From contig JAKSVZ010000006.1 of the NCBI GenBank assembly GCA_024407725.1, positions 12,860 to 44,859 of the forward strand: a stretch of 32,000 bases of DNA, given 5' to 3'. Below are positions 1 to 9,738 of this stretch, one piece after another (position 1 is the first letter of the stretch; each line of letters begins with the position of its first letter). Source of the DNA: Opitutales bacterium. GTDB taxonomy: Bacteria > Verrucomicrobiota > Verrucomicrobiia > Opitutales > UBA9783. The notes under the pieces are model-generated. The model did no database searches and was not told the origin of the DNA. It worked only from the letters and a program-made list of their open reading frames with translations. The position numbers and the translations under genes were made by a program.

Positions 1-513
1 ATCAATGGTGGTTTGCCCTGCTTCCAATTGCATATCCGCTACTGCTTGCATCACTTTTAGTAGCTTTGCCTTGCACTCTTTTGGATTATTCCCCAAATGC
101 TTGCTGCTAACATCGATGCTATCAAATAAGTTTTTGAAGTTTTCTTTACACGATTCATCGAATGCATTAAAAATGGTTTGCAGCGTTTCAGCTAAATCAT
201 CAATCGATCCTTCGTGCGCTTGCTTCAACACATTCTTAAATAGATGTTCCGCAGGAATAAAATATCCCTGAACTTCCATAATGCGTTGACGCGTTTCTTC
301 ATCCACCGCCTGGGTTCCCTGAGACCAACCTTCCAGCGCCCTATCATGCTCTATGTAATACGTTAAACGTTCTGAAAGATACCGGTAAAAAAGCATCCCT
401 AACACATCCTGCTTGAAATCCCAACCATCAACACTACACCGCCAGTCATTTGCGATAGACCAAATAGTACGGTATAATTCTTCCCGTTCTGATTCGCGAT
501 TTGTATTCGTCAT
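1..513 (-). CDS. hsdM: Type I restriction-modification methyltransferase subunit M, N-terminal 171 codons; the gene runs off the window at position 1
   Basis: Manual translation of the minus strand. The frame is open from ATG (513-511) to position 1 with no stop; it is absent from the ORF track because it is truncated by the window edge. Product begins MTNTNRESEREELYRTIWSIANDWRCSVDGWDFKQDVLGMLFYRYLSERL. This matches the HsdM N-terminal domain signature of EcoR124I-type enzymes (IWxIANDxRGSVDGWDFKQYVLGxLFYRFISE), recalled from memory. The plus-strand ORF 5..271 is its antisense shadow. Confidence 0.8.
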   Translation of the reverse strand, partial: MTNTNRESEREELYRTIWSIANDWRCSVDGWDFKQDVLGMLFYRYLSERLTYYIEHDRALEGWSQGTQAVDEETRQRIMEVQGYFIPAEHLFKNVLKQAHEGSIDDLAETLQTIFNAFDESCKENFKNLFDSIDVSSKHLGNNPKECKAKLLKVMQAVADMQLEAGQTTID

Positions 514-522
514 AACAGCGTT

Positions 523-550
523 ATATTACAAATATAAAAGCCGTTGTCGA
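523..550 (-). promoter_or_regulatory. Candidate sigma70-type promoter for hsdM (TCGACA-N16-TAATAT on the minus strand)
   Basis: Read directly from the sequence. The minus-strand -35 TCGACA is plus-strand tgtcga at 545-550. The -10 TAATAT is plus-strand atatta at 523-528, and the spacer is 16 nt. The -10 lies only 9 nt upstream of the hsdM ATG, so the leader would be very short. Motif match only. Confidence 0.3.
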
Positions 551-567
551 TTCATTTAAAGCTATTT

Positions 568-1479
568 TTACGCGCGCGTATGATAACGGTCGTAGGTTTC
601 GCGCAACTGCGTTGGGTTGAGGTGCGTATAAATTTGCGTGGTAGAAATATTGCTATGCCCCAGCATCGCCTGAATACTGCGTAAATCCGCGCCATTACAC
701 AGCAAATGCGTTGCAAAGGTATGGCGCAACTCATGGGGTTTGACGGAATGACCTAAGCCGACCGCCTGCCCATAAGCTTTGAGATAGCACCAAAGGGTTT
801 TGCGGGAAATGGGCGTACCGCGTTGGGTCAAAAACACAAAATTACCGCTTTTGGGGCGCAACAATTTCGGGCGTCCATGAACCAAATAATACTGCAAATG
901 CTCTTTCGCAACTGACCCCAACGGTACCCAACGCTCCTTGCTGCCTTTACCGTAAATTTTGAGCGCATCCTCCTCAAGGAACAGCGCCTGCAAGGTTAAT
1001 CCGCAGACCTCCGAAATACGCAACCCACAGCCGTACATCAAGGAAATCATGGCGCGATTGCGCATCCCTTGAGGGCTTACCAAACTCATGCTTTTCTGCA
1101 AGGCTTCCACCTCATTGACTGACAAGGTTTGCGGCAAAGGACGCGTGCATTTAGGAGCAACCGCCTGAGCCATTGGATTCGCTTTTAATTGCCCATTTTT
1201 AGACAAAAAGTTAAAAAAACGCCGCAAACAGGCCAATTTTCGTGCGCGCGAGGTTGGACTCATCGACAGTAACGCTTGCTGCCATTGGTCAATATGCTCT
1301 GGGGTGATACGCTCTACCGAAACGCCTGCGGTTAGCTCACAAAACTGCTGCAAATCATAACGGTAGGAAGCTTGTGTGTTGGCCGACAAACCACATTCAA
1401 TCGCTAAATAACCCAAGAAGGATTCGATTAATGCGCTCCATTGATCCTTACCAACGCATCGCTTTCGTTCCGTCACCAT
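568..1479 (-). CDS. xerD: Site-specific tyrosine recombinase, XerD-like
   Basis: 303-aa ORF. The C-terminal catalytic region is HELRHTFATHLLCNGADLRSIQAMLGHSNISTTQIYTHL...YDRYHTRA and includes the R..HxxR..Y tyrosine-recombinase motifs. IYGKGSKERWVPLG and YLVHGRPKLL parallel E. coli XerD (VIGKGNKERLVPLG, YLEHGRPWLL). An N-terminal SAM-like domain is present (LSANTQASYRYDL). Confidence 0.8.
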   Translation of the reverse strand: MVTERKRCVGKDQWSALIESFLGYLAIECGLSANTQASYRYDLQQFCELTAGVSVERITPEHIDQWQQALLSMSPTSRARKLACLRRFFNFLSKNGQLKANPMAQAVAPKCTRPLPQTLSVNEVEALQKSMSLVSPQGMRNRAMISLMYGCGLRISEVCGLTLQALFLEEDALKIYGKGSKERWVPLGSVAKEHLQYYLVHGRPKLLRPKSGNFVFLTQRGTPISRKTLWCYLKAYGQAVGLGHSVKPHELRHTFATHLLCNGADLRSIQAMLGHSNISTTQIYTHLNPTQLRETYDRYHTRA

Positions 1480-1485
1480 CGTACG

Positions 1486-2796
1486 TTAAGCAGAATGAGA
1501 CGTCGTATACGCCAAGGTTTCGCCTTCGGTTCGCGCAATAATCACCGTTCCACAGGTATCATTAAAGACATTAACCAGCGTACGGAACATATCCAATAAG
1601 CGTTCGACCACCCAAATCACCCCGATGGATTCGATTGGTAAGCCAACCGAGCTGACAATCATGGTAATCGCGATTAGGGCAGACGCCGGAATTCCTGCAA
1701 CCCCAACAGACGTTAATAACGCCATCAGCACCACAATCCATTGATCGAGCACCCCGAAAGGAATCCCCTGAGTCACTTGGTACAACTGGGCAATGAATAG
1801 CACCACCACGCATTCATACAACGCCGTACCGCACATATTGATGGTAATTCCCAAAGGCAAAGTAAAGCGTGCGATACGCGGCGATACCTTCGATACGGTT
1901 TCCACTTTATCTAAAGCTAAAGGCAAAACGGCTGCTGATGAGGAGGTTGAAAACGCCATCAACATAACCGGAAACATGGCCTTATAATGCGCCCAAGGCT
2001 TTATTTTGCCGACAAAGCGCAACAAAAGATACAAAACACCGAACATATACAGGGCAAACCCAAGCAACACGGTAATAACAAAATACAACAGAGGGCGGAT
2101 AACCCCGATACCGGTATGCAGCAAGATGGGAGTCACCAACCCAAACACCCCAATAGGTGAAAATGCAATAACAATGCGGGTAATATCGCGCAAAACATGC
2201 TGGATTCCTTCCCAAAACACCAATTGCGGTTTCCGTAAGTCCTCAGGTAAACGTCCGACAAAGAAACCAAACAGCAACGCAAAGGTAATGATACCCAAAA
2301 TTTGGGTATTATCCGAAGCCGCATGAATCACGTTGGAAGGGATAATGCGCAAAAAGAAGTCCGATATACGGGAAGAATCCATGTGCGCCAATTGAATAAA
2401 CTGCTGAGGCAACACATTGGCTTGCCCTAGGATTTTAGCCGCCAAATCCTTTTCAACGCACCCTGGGCGCAACCCATTGACCAAGCACAATCCAATCAAA
2501 ACAGCCGAAAAACAGCTTAAAAAATAGAACAAAAAGGTTTTTAATCCCAAGCGTTTAAATTCGGATTTCGATCCGAACCCCATCATGCCACAGATAAGGG
2601 AAACCGCAATCAATGGCACAACGAGCATTTTGAGCCCGTTCATAAAAACTTTTCCGATGAGCTCACATACCTGCACAAAATCTTGCGTTAGGGGCATATT
2701 CTGCCAGCCACAGCAACGCAAAACGCAGACCACGATAATACTGACACAAAGCGCCAGAATTACGCCAAATTGACTGAGCCATTTTTTCACATCCAT
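1486..2796 (-). CDS. Dicarboxylate/amino acid:cation (Na+/H+) symporter, DAACS family (GltP/GltT-like)
   Basis: 436-aa polytopic membrane ORF. Family-typical segments include KMLVVPLIAVSLICGM, LGLKTFLFYFLSCFSAVLIGL, SSSAAVLPL and NMCGTALYE. Confidence 0.8.
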   Translation of the reverse strand: MDVKKWLSQFGVILALCVSIIVVCVLRCCGWQNMPLTQDFVQVCELIGKVFMNGLKMLVVPLIAVSLICGMMGFGSKSEFKRLGLKTFLFYFLSCFSAVLIGLCLVNGLRPGCVEKDLAAKILGQANVLPQQFIQLAHMDSSRISDFFLRIIPSNVIHAASDNTQILGIITFALLFGFFVGRLPEDLRKPQLVFWEGIQHVLRDITRIVIAFSPIGVFGLVTPILLHTGIGVIRPLLYFVITVLLGFALYMFGVLYLLLRFVGKIKPWAHYKAMFPVMLMAFSTSSSAAVLPLALDKVETVSKVSPRIARFTLPLGITINMCGTALYECVVVLFIAQLYQVTQGIPFGVLDQWIVVLMALLTSVGVAGIPASALIAITMIVSSVGLPIESIGVIWVVERLLDMFRTLVNVFNDTCGTVIIARTEGETLAYTTSHSA

Positions 2797-2838
2797 CTTT
2801 TACTCTTTTTCTCAACAAACAACAAGCTTTTACCCCCG

Positions 2839-3969
2839 TTACACGCATAGCTCGTAAGAGCAGTCCGATAACCGTTCGCAGCCCGTAGGGGTTACCACCA
2901 CATCATCTTCAATACGAACCCCTCCGATAGTTTGGAAGTACAAACCCGGTTCAACCGTAATCACCATACCCGCTTCCAACGTAATCGCTTGCGCACCTAC
3001 GGATGGGTATTCATGAAGCCCTAATCCTAGCCCATGACCTACGCTATGAATAAACCCTTCACAACCTTGGGCTGTTTGCTTCAACCCAAACCCAGCACGC
3101 TCAAAAAAATCCAGTGCAAAATGCATCAAATCCGATGTTAATACCCCTGAGTGTATACGCTCAATCAACGCCTGCTGACAATCCCGTACGCATTGATACA
3201 TCCGCATCTGTTCAGGATTTGCATGTCCTTTCACAAGCGTTCGGGTCATATCCCCATAATAACCGGATTGCTTTAAATAAGGAAAACAATCGAGCACAAT
3301 CAATTGACCTTCGTACAAAGACCCTTCGCCCCTATGATGCGGCTGCGCAGCTTGTTCGCCCCCTGCTACAATCGTATCCTCTGCACACGCGCCGTGATTA
3401 AAACCATACTGTTCCATCAACATCCGCAGCCGTTCAGACGTTAACACAGAACCTTCGTACTCCAGTTGATGATTGCGAACCGTACTTTGATGCACAATAC
3501 TTTTGGCGTACTCCAAAATATCCGCTGTAACCTTACACGCCTTACGGATTTCATCAATTTCCGAAGCACTTTTAATCGCCCGCGTGGTTTCAAACGCAGC
3601 AGCATCAAATCCCAAAGGCACCGTTTGATAACACTGAGCGTACACCGTTGCCGGAAAATCATTCGGAACCACAAAGCGATCAATCGCATACTGTTGCTGC
3701 AGATACCGGAAAAAGGCAGACCATGGTGTCCCCTGCGGATAGGCTAATGCAGAACGTTTTTGCACATCAGACCTCAAAAAAACTTCGTCAAACGTACTGC
3801 TTGCCTTGCATCGGCCATATTCCAATTCCGATACAAATGCCAACTTTTGCTCGCCCACTTTTAACGCAAAAAATGGATCCGGTGCATCAAAATGACCCCA
3901 ATAAAGTAAGTTTTTATCCTGCTGAGGAGTGTTATAAATAACGTAGGCAATACGATCACCCATAAACAT
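2839..3969 (-). CDS. Xaa-Pro aminopeptidase / M24B metallopeptidase (PepP/PepQ-like)
   Basis: 376-aa ORF carrying the M24 pita-bread metal-binding motifs: VLDCFPYLKQSGYYGDMTRT, HSVGHGLGLGLHEYP, MVITVEPGLY and GGVRIEDDVVVT. An alternative ATG lies at 3963. Confidence 0.8.
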   Translation of the reverse strand: MFMGDRIAYVIYNTPQQDKNLLYWGHFDAPDPFFALKVGEQKLAFVSELEYGRCKASSTFDEVFLRSDVQKRSALAYPQGTPWSAFFRYLQQQYAIDRFVVPNDFPATVYAQCYQTVPLGFDAAAFETTRAIKSASEIDEIRKACKVTADILEYAKSIVHQSTVRNHQLEYEGSVLTSERLRMLMEQYGFNHGACAEDTIVAGGEQAAQPHHRGEGSLYEGQLIVLDCFPYLKQSGYYGDMTRTLVKGHANPEQMRMYQCVRDCQQALIERIHSGVLTSDLMHFALDFFERAGFGLKQTAQGCEGFIHSVGHGLGLGLHEYPSVGAQAITLEAGMVITVEPGLYFQTIGGVRIEDDVVVTPTGCERLSDCSYELCV

Positions 3970-5002
3970 CCATTTGGTAACGGCTTTCGCGTCGCAAATC
4001 CTTTAAGTAAATTTGAGCTTCTGCTAACGACAAGCGTTCTTCCTGCTGAATAATACTCAATAACGTGCTTTCAACATCCTTTGCCATTCCCCGAGCATCA
4101 CCGCAGATATAAAAATACGCCCCCCGACGGAACCAATCCCATAGCTCCTTAGCATGTTCCATCATACGGTGTTGAACGTACACCTTATGTTCTTGGTCGC
4201 GCGAAAACGCTAAATCCAAACGGGTTAAAATCCCATCCGCCTGCAACGATTCCAAAAAATCCTTTAAGATAAAATCATTCGCCTGATGCCGGCCGCCAAA
4301 GAACAACCAATTGGGACCCGATGCACCGACTGCCTTACGATACTCCAGAAAGGCTTTAAAGGGAGCAATACCGGTTCCTGGACCCACCATAATCACCGGC
4401 CGCGAATCATCCTTTGGCAGCCGAAACTTAGAAGCAATGATATGCAAAGGCACTTCATCACCCACCTGAATCCGTTTACACAAAAATCCACTGGAAAGCC
4501 CCTCGCAGATACCGCCTTCAACCGTTCGGTAGGTAACCAAGGTAACCACCAAATCCAAGCTATCAGGAGCTAACTTTTGCGCCGATGCAATGGAATAAGC
4601 ACGTGGACGCATCGGCAATAAATAACGGCCTAAATTGGTCACAATCGACTGCTGTTGATACCAAGCTAAGCATCCCCAAAAATCATCCTTCAATTCGGAG
4701 GGCGCCTGTTCCCAAACACTGGCTTTAAAACGCAGCTCATAATGCTCCGACAAAGCTTCTTCTAAGCTCCATTGTGCTCCATTAGAGCCTGTAACCTGCT
4801 CTTTTCCAGTAGCTTTTAAAACCGATAACGCTCGCTGCACCCACTTAGGGTCGTTTTTGGCATGCACAAAGACCACATCGCCCGGTTCAAATGTATAGCC
4901 CTTGGGGCATGAAAACCGTATGCAATAAATCGGTTTTTCCGTTGATCCTTGAGACAAAAGGCTACGGTTCAATACGCGCGCTGTAAAAACATTCGATAGC
5001 AT
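3956..5002 (-). CDS. FAD/NAD(P)H-binding ferredoxin-reductase-type flavoprotein, CysJ / cytochrome-P450-reductase C-terminal-like, with no flavodoxin domain
   Basis: 348-aa ORF with RPRAYSIASA (the RxYS FAD motif), MVGPGTGIAPFKAFL (NADPH-binding), FYICGDARGMAKDV and a C-terminal YQMDVYG. These are hallmarks of the CysJ/CPR FNR-like module. Confidence 0.75.
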   Translation of the reverse strand: MLSNVFTARVLNRSLLSQGSTEKPIYCIRFSCPKGYTFEPGDVVFVHAKNDPKWVQRALSVLKATGKEQVTGSNGAQWSLEEALSEHYELRFKASVWEQAPSELKDDFWGCLAWYQQQSIVTNLGRYLLPMRPRAYSIASAQKLAPDSLDLVVTLVTYRTVEGGICEGLSSGFLCKRIQVGDEVPLHIIASKFRLPKDDSRPVIMVGPGTGIAPFKAFLEYRKAVGASGPNWLFFGGRHQANDFILKDFLESLQADGILTRLDLAFSRDQEHKVYVQHRMMEHAKELWDWFRRGAYFYICGDARGMAKDVESTLLSIIQQEERLSLAEAQIYLKDLRRESRYQMDVYG

Positions 5003-5114
5003 AGCCTTTTAATCGTTTACCCTCTAACCTGAAAAGGAAAAATTCGATGGTATTTTAACATATCCTCCCTATCGACACCAAGCGAAATTGCATCAAGTAG
5101 CGACCGATGCGCTG

Positions 5115-7208
5115 TTACCAAGAACTCAAATTCAAGCCAAACAACAGCTGCCACTTATACAATTTATCCCACTTACATTCCGTGCTAAACCACCAAAGAT
5201 GCGAAATAATCGTTTTCCACATAAACGATTGCGATACAAAACCCAATTTCTTGAAGGTAAGAACCGTATTAGCCAACAATTGGTTTCGGGAATTAAGGTA
5301 ATAGGTTCCGCCAAAGGAACATTGGTGCTCAATACCCCCTGTATTCCTCAAGTAAATATGACCGATGCGAAATTCCCACAAATCGCTTTCCTTGAACGTT
5401 ACCCCCGTATTAGCCCATTTTAAGCGCTTATTGCCTAAATCGAAGTACAAACTTTGATCAAAGGATAAAAAGTCGGCAGGCCGCCATTCAACCTTCGTGC
5501 AGGTACCCCCCAAATGATGCTGTTGCTGCCCATTGACCCAATTGCGCTTCATCAGTACATCTTGGTAAATATGCGCCGATAACCATTCGCGTTCATTGCC
5601 ATCCCAGCCAAAGGCATATAAGAAATTCTCCAATCCGAAACGCATTAAATGCATATCGTTCATATCATCGATATCCCGCCGGTTCAACAGATCGATTTCG
5701 CTCAACGAACACGTATTTTCGCCCCCATCTACCTCACGATCGATAGCAGGAACAAACGCATGCCCTTGATGCCCATGCGGCATATAGCGGTATTGAATGA
5801 CCGGCTGAATTAAATGACGGAAGTCGTAAATATTCCAATACTTGTTTTTGTAGGCGTAATCCCCATAAGCATGAAAACGCACATCCGCTCCTAATTGCCC
5901 TAAATAACGCGTGTAGGTACTCTTATTATCCGGATTGTTTAAGCCAGCATAAGAAATCATACGCCCACTCGCCAATGGAGTAATCGTGCATGCCTTAGAA
6001 ACAGACATCGGCAGCGATAAACCATAATACAGATCGCCGCGTTTAAGGGTACGACGGGTCTTATCGCCCGACCGGCGTTCGCGAACATGCGATACCCCGC
6101 CGCCAAATTGATGATGAAGCGGACTATCCCCAATCGGCACCGGTAAGTACTCAAAACGGGCTTCCGGCAAACGTTCTTGAACGGTATGAAAGCGGTTCAA
6201 TTGGTGCCGCGTAACCACATTAGCCACAAATTCATCGCCGCGATAAACCGCTTCGGCAAAATTATCCGCCTGTTGGCGCATTCCATCATTCTCATTGGGA
6301 CGCACATCGCGAATTACCTCTTTATCGCGCATCCACTCAACCTGAGCGCTTATATCCACTCGGTCTTCAACGTGCCCTTGATGCCGCCATTCAAACCAAT
6401 GACGTTTACTTTTGACATTCGGTTGATTCCGATAGCTTTTGTCATTCAATCCAGCCGCTCGAACCCCACCGTTTCCATAAGGCGTATCATAACGAAGCAA
6501 ACCACCCACTAATGGTCCGCGTTTGTGATAATAATCGAGCATGATTCCCGGACGAATCCGCCCATAATTCAACACCAAATCATTGCGTATATGCCGGTTG
6601 CTGCTCAACACCTCTGCTTCGGTACTCCACGTATAATCCTTCTGTTCGCTAGACCGATCCTTAAGATGATAGGTAGGTAAATACCACACCGGAATCTTAC
6701 CAATTTTGACCGTTGCTTTTTTCAAAATCGCATCGTGCGGATGCACTTCTACTTCTTTGGCATGAATGTGAACCCCTGCCAAATCCCGTTGCGCTCCACG
6801 AACATCGATTTCAACATCTTTTGCATACGCGCAATCCCGAGTTCCATGCATCGAAGACCCACGCACTCCATGGCCAAATGCAGCCATGCGAAACGAATCC
6901 ACCGCAAAGGTTTTATCATTCACATAATAGAACCCCGAATTACTGGCAATACGCCCTAAGGCATGCGTCAGGCGCACCCTTCCGTCTGCCAATCCCTTAG
7001 CGTTTTCCGTTACATAACAAATGCGATCAGCTTGTAAACGTGCATCATCGCTTAACAATTCTGCATTACCTTCGGCAATCGACGTACGGGTTTTATGGTC
7101 ATACACAACCGGTTGATCGGACGATAAAGCCAGAGCTGACAAAATACCAACCGGAGCCATTATCCCTCCGATTAACAATAACAACTTAGGCTGTTGCAAT
7201 GGAACCAT
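5115..7208 (-). CDS. lptD: LPS-assembly outer-membrane protein LptD (OstA/Imp)-like
   Basis: 697-aa ORF with an N-terminal signal/anchor (LLLLIGGIMAPVGILSALA). An OstA-like N-terminal pattern follows (AEGNAELLSDDARLQADRICY...ADGRVRLT). The rest is a long Tyr/Gly/Asn/Arg-rich beta-barrel-like region with an aromatic C-terminus (LNLSSW). Assignment is by motif recognition only. Confidence 0.6.
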   Translation of the reverse strand: MVPLQQPKLLLLIGGIMAPVGILSALALSSDQPVVYDHKTRTSIAEGNAELLSDDARLQADRICYVTENAKGLADGRVRLTHALGRIASNSGFYYVNDKTFAVDSFRMAAFGHGVRGSSMHGTRDCAYAKDVEIDVRGAQRDLAGVHIHAKEVEVHPHDAILKKATVKIGKIPVWYLPTYHLKDRSSEQKDYTWSTEAEVLSSNRHIRNDLVLNYGRIRPGIMLDYYHKRGPLVGGLLRYDTPYGNGGVRAAGLNDKSYRNQPNVKSKRHWFEWRHQGHVEDRVDISAQVEWMRDKEVIRDVRPNENDGMRQQADNFAEAVYRGDEFVANVVTRHQLNRFHTVQERLPEARFEYLPVPIGDSPLHHQFGGGVSHVRERRSGDKTRRTLKRGDLYYGLSLPMSVSKACTITPLASGRMISYAGLNNPDNKSTYTRYLGQLGADVRFHAYGDYAYKNKYWNIYDFRHLIQPVIQYRYMPHGHQGHAFVPAIDREVDGGENTCSLSEIDLLNRRDIDDMNDMHLMRFGLENFLYAFGWDGNEREWLSAHIYQDVLMKRNWVNGQQQHHLGGTCTKVEWRPADFLSFDQSLYFDLGNKRLKWANTGVTFKESDLWEFRIGHIYLRNTGGIEHQCSFGGTYYLNSRNQLLANTVLTFKKLGFVSQSFMWKTIISHLWWFSTECKWDKLYKWQLLFGLNLSSW

Positions 7209-7217
7209 TTACACCTT

Positions 7218-7276
7218 AAAAAAACGTAACGATGACCATTTGCCAAACTTTATTACTCGGTCATCCTCCCTTTTTT
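7218..7276. terminator. Possible bidirectional terminator-like hairpin between the transporter gene and lptD
   Basis: Stem gatgacc (7231-7237) pairs with ggtcatc (7259-7265), with a 21-nt loop. It is flanked by A7 (7218-7224) and T6 (7271-7276). The loop is long and the U-tracts are offset 5-6 nt from the stem, so this is weak. Confidence 0.25.
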
Positions 7277-7285
7277 GTTAACATT

Positions 7286-8791
7286 TTAGGACAATTCTCG
7301 ATTTCTTTGGATTTGGCGATTCAACCGGAACACCGAAATAACCCACACGGTCGCACAGGTCAAAAACACCACAAACGCATAGATCGCAATGCTTTCGTAG
7401 GTTGCTTTAACACCCGATAAGGCACTTACCAAGGACAACAGAATAACCTGCAAGCCCGAACCAAAAGATTTTCCAAAGCGATAACCAAATACATCGGCAA
7501 TTGCCTTACCCTTTACCTTGAGCTCATCATCCAAGGGGATAAACGCCATCTCTTTGCTCATATCGAAAAAGGACATTTTAAATCCTTTATCAAGCACCAA
7601 CGTTATCAATCCAACATACACAATGGTCGTTTGAATCCCTGCCATCATTCCCACGCTCCCCGATAAGAACTGTTCACCCAAGAACGACAGAAATAAGCAA
7701 ACTCCTCCCACTAACACAACCATAGGAGTTAGCATAGCCCCTACTCCCCATTGGAATCGCCGGAATATGTAGCCGGTAATGAGCACCACAACCATCGAAA
7801 GTACACCGTATATAAACGTGTACGCGCTCATAAAGGTATTGTAATCGTTGATGTTGGGATAAATAACCTTAACCGCATGCTTCCAGAAATTCTCCAAGAT
7901 GTTATCGCAGACGCTGTAACAGAACACCAAGAAAATGAGCAAGCGAACATAATGCGAACGCACAACCACCTTTAAACTGTTCCAAAGACTACTTTTCTTT
8001 TTGTCTTTTACGTGAAATCCGGGCAATTCCGGCTTATTATAAAAGCGTTTGTCGGTCAAAACATGCCGATAAATCCAATGATAAATACACATCGACAAAA
8101 CGCTGGTTACCGTCACCGATCCAATCAACCAATAAAGCGTTATTTGCCAAGGATCCGCACAGGACACCTTTTCGCGGATATTTGAAGCGATAAAACCAAC
8201 CCCTCCTGAAATCGTTACCGCTCCCTGCCCCAACAACAACAAAACCCCATAAATACGCTTTGCTTCCTGCAACTCCGTAATTTGGTTCATAAATTGCCAA
8301 AACGAAAGCGACAAAATAAACGTACTCCACAGCTCTGCAAAGATAAAGAACAGCGCATAAGGCCAAACCCCAATAATCGCAAACGCCAACCCACACGATG
8401 GGAATTGCGCTTGAAGCTGAGCAATGCTATCCGCCGATGGACACACATAATGCTTGAGGGGGTACAAAACCAATACAAATACGACGAAAAAGCTAACAAA
8501 CGACCCCAAAGTAGCATAGTATAAATGCTCGTTCTTCAAGCGATCGCTGATCTTGGTATACGCCAGCATGAATAAAATCGCTGCCGGCGGCACCAAAAAT
8601 AATTTGATAAAGGCAATTGCTTCCGCCCCCACAGCCGTTACCACCAAAGAATCCTTGATGTTTTTGAGGCAATAATGGTTAAAAAGCGAAAAGAATAAAA
8701 TACAGGCTAAAGGAACGATTTTTTTGAGCTCATAAGCATGTACAGGAAAAAAGATTCCCCTAAGCTTTGAAAACTGACCGGTCTCCTCCAC
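7286..8791 (-). CDS. Nucleotide transport protein, ATP/ADP translocase (TLC/NTT) family
   Basis: 501-aa, roughly 12-TM ORF. The N-terminus FSKLRGIFFPVHAYELKKIVPLACILFFSLFNHYCLKNIKDSLVVT is colinear with chlamydial/rickettsial Npt/Tlc N-termini (KLRSFLWPIHxHELKKVLPM...ILRDTKDTLIVT), recalled from memory. The start is GTG at 8791, with no upstream in-frame ATG. Confidence 0.85.
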   Translation of the reverse strand: MEETGQFSKLRGIFFPVHAYELKKIVPLACILFFSLFNHYCLKNIKDSLVVTAVGAEAIAFIKLFLVPPAAILFMLAYTKISDRLKNEHLYYATLGSFVSFFVVFVLVLYPLKHYVCPSADSIAQLQAQFPSCGLAFAIIGVWPYALFFIFAELWSTFILSLSFWQFMNQITELQEAKRIYGVLLLLGQGAVTISGGVGFIASNIREKVSCADPWQITLYWLIGSVTVTSVLSMCIYHWIYRHVLTDKRFYNKPELPGFHVKDKKKSSLWNSLKVVVRSHYVRLLIFLVFCYSVCDNILENFWKHAVKVIYPNINDYNTFMSAYTFIYGVLSMVVVLITGYIFRRFQWGVGAMLTPMVVLVGGVCLFLSFLGEQFLSGSVGMMAGIQTTIVYVGLITLVLDKGFKMSFFDMSKEMAFIPLDDELKVKGKAIADVFGYRFGKSFGSGLQVILLSLVSALSGVKATYESIAIYAFVVFLTCATVWVISVFRLNRQIQRNRELS

Positions 8792-8943
8792 GAGATTTAT
8801 TATTAAGAACTATATTAAGTAGTAAAAATAATACCTCCGTCAATATATTTAACAATCGATGCTTCCCTATTGTTGGAGCATGGTTCTCGATAAATATACT
8901 ACGCGCAACCCGCTTGAATACTTAAGAAAACCACACAAAAAGC

Positions 8944-8972
8944 TTGCCAAACCGCTTAGATTCGCTTATTAT
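8944..8972 (+). promoter_or_regulatory. Sigma70-like promoter box TTGCCA-N17-TATTAT, preceded by AAAAAGC
   Basis: Read directly: TTGCCA at 8944-8949, TATTAT at 8967-8972. It shares the extended box AAAGCTTG(C/T)CA with the sites at 9291 and 9708. No convincing ORF lies downstream. Confidence 0.3.
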
Positions 8973-9293
8973 AAAATATGTAAGCAGAAAATCATGTTCG
9001 TTTCAGAAAATCTTCATATTCGTTTCAGAAAGTTTTATTGATTTCTCTCTAGAATCTTACGGTATGCATTGCAACCAAATGAAGAAAATAGACACACTTT
9101 ATAGGGATTTTGGATCTAATGTTACTCTGTACAAAACGATACAACCTAACTAAAATCCACCCCCAAAAATCTAATTGCTATCTTCAAAATGGGATTACAT
9201 TAATTATAATATACAAATATTTTTGAGTCAAACAAATTTGATACCAACGCTTAAACAACACCCTTATATAGCCCAACTTACAAATAATAAAGC

Positions 9294-9321
9294 TTGCCAT
9301 GGAAACAAATATAGGTATAAT
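9294..9321 (+). promoter_or_regulatory. Strong sigma70-like promoter box TTGCCA-N16-TATAAT
   Basis: Read directly: TTGCCA at 9294-9299, a consensus TATAAT at 9316-9321, preceded by ATAAAGC. It fires into ORF-less AT-rich DNA; only a 22-codon ORF starts at 9326. Confidence 0.35.
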
Positions 9322-9493
9322 ATTTATGTCTATTACAGGCAATTTGTTTAAATATACCTCATCCCAAAAAGACGAAAATAGAAGAACCATCTAATGTAAT
9401 AAAATCTATACACCCTATAAGGTCTTGCTATCGCGTTTCAATAGATAAAACCAAAAACTTTGCCAACCAGATTCAGGATCTTCTTCTAAAAGA

Positions 9494-9554
9494 AATTTAA
9501 CCCAAAAAGCCTAGGACGTCAAGCCAATTCTGGTAGAGAAGCCGGATTTTACAC
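9494..9554 (+). repeat. Copy A of a ~61-nt diverged direct repeat (perfect 16-nt core GTCAAGCCAATTCTGG at 9518-9533)
   Basis: Aligned by eye to 9956-10016. The shared pattern is AATT.A..CAAAAA.CC.AGGA(C/T)GTCAAGCCAATTCTGG.(A/C)GA.AAG(C/A)CGG..TTTT. Confidence 0.6.
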
Positions 9555-9710
9555 AAAAATTCTTCTTATATCCATACTACACCTATAAAATGCCCTTTAA
9601 CCTAAAAGGGCAATGCGCGTTAACAACCGTTAAAGCTCTTTCACTATCGGTACTGCATTTTGCCAGCCCGATCTCTGCCACTCATTCAATCGATTAGCTA
9701 AATAAAAAGC

Positions 9711-9738
9711 TTGTCAATTTAAACGGTATATGGATAAT
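9711..9738 (+). promoter_or_regulatory. Sigma70-like promoter box TTGTCA-N16-GATAAT, preceded by AAAAAGC
   Basis: Read directly: TTGTCA at 9711-9716, GATAAT at 9733-9738. This is the third member of the AAAGCTTG(C/T)CA box series in this spacer. Confidence 0.3.

Noticed and set aside
5-271. 88-aa plus-strand ORF at the window start
   Set aside because: It lies antisense to a much better supported minus-strand reading frame (the hsdM N-terminal domain, open over 1-513). Its product is low-complexity with no recognisable motif.
8859-9390. Small ORFs in the AT-rich spacer (8859-9041, 8944-9153 on the plus strand; 9184-9390 on the minus strand)
   Set aside because: Their composition is AT-driven (Ile/Phe/Lys/Asn-rich). 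Their starts are non-ATG or coincide with promoter hexamers, and they have no SD and no motifs. They are treated as non-coding pending expression data.
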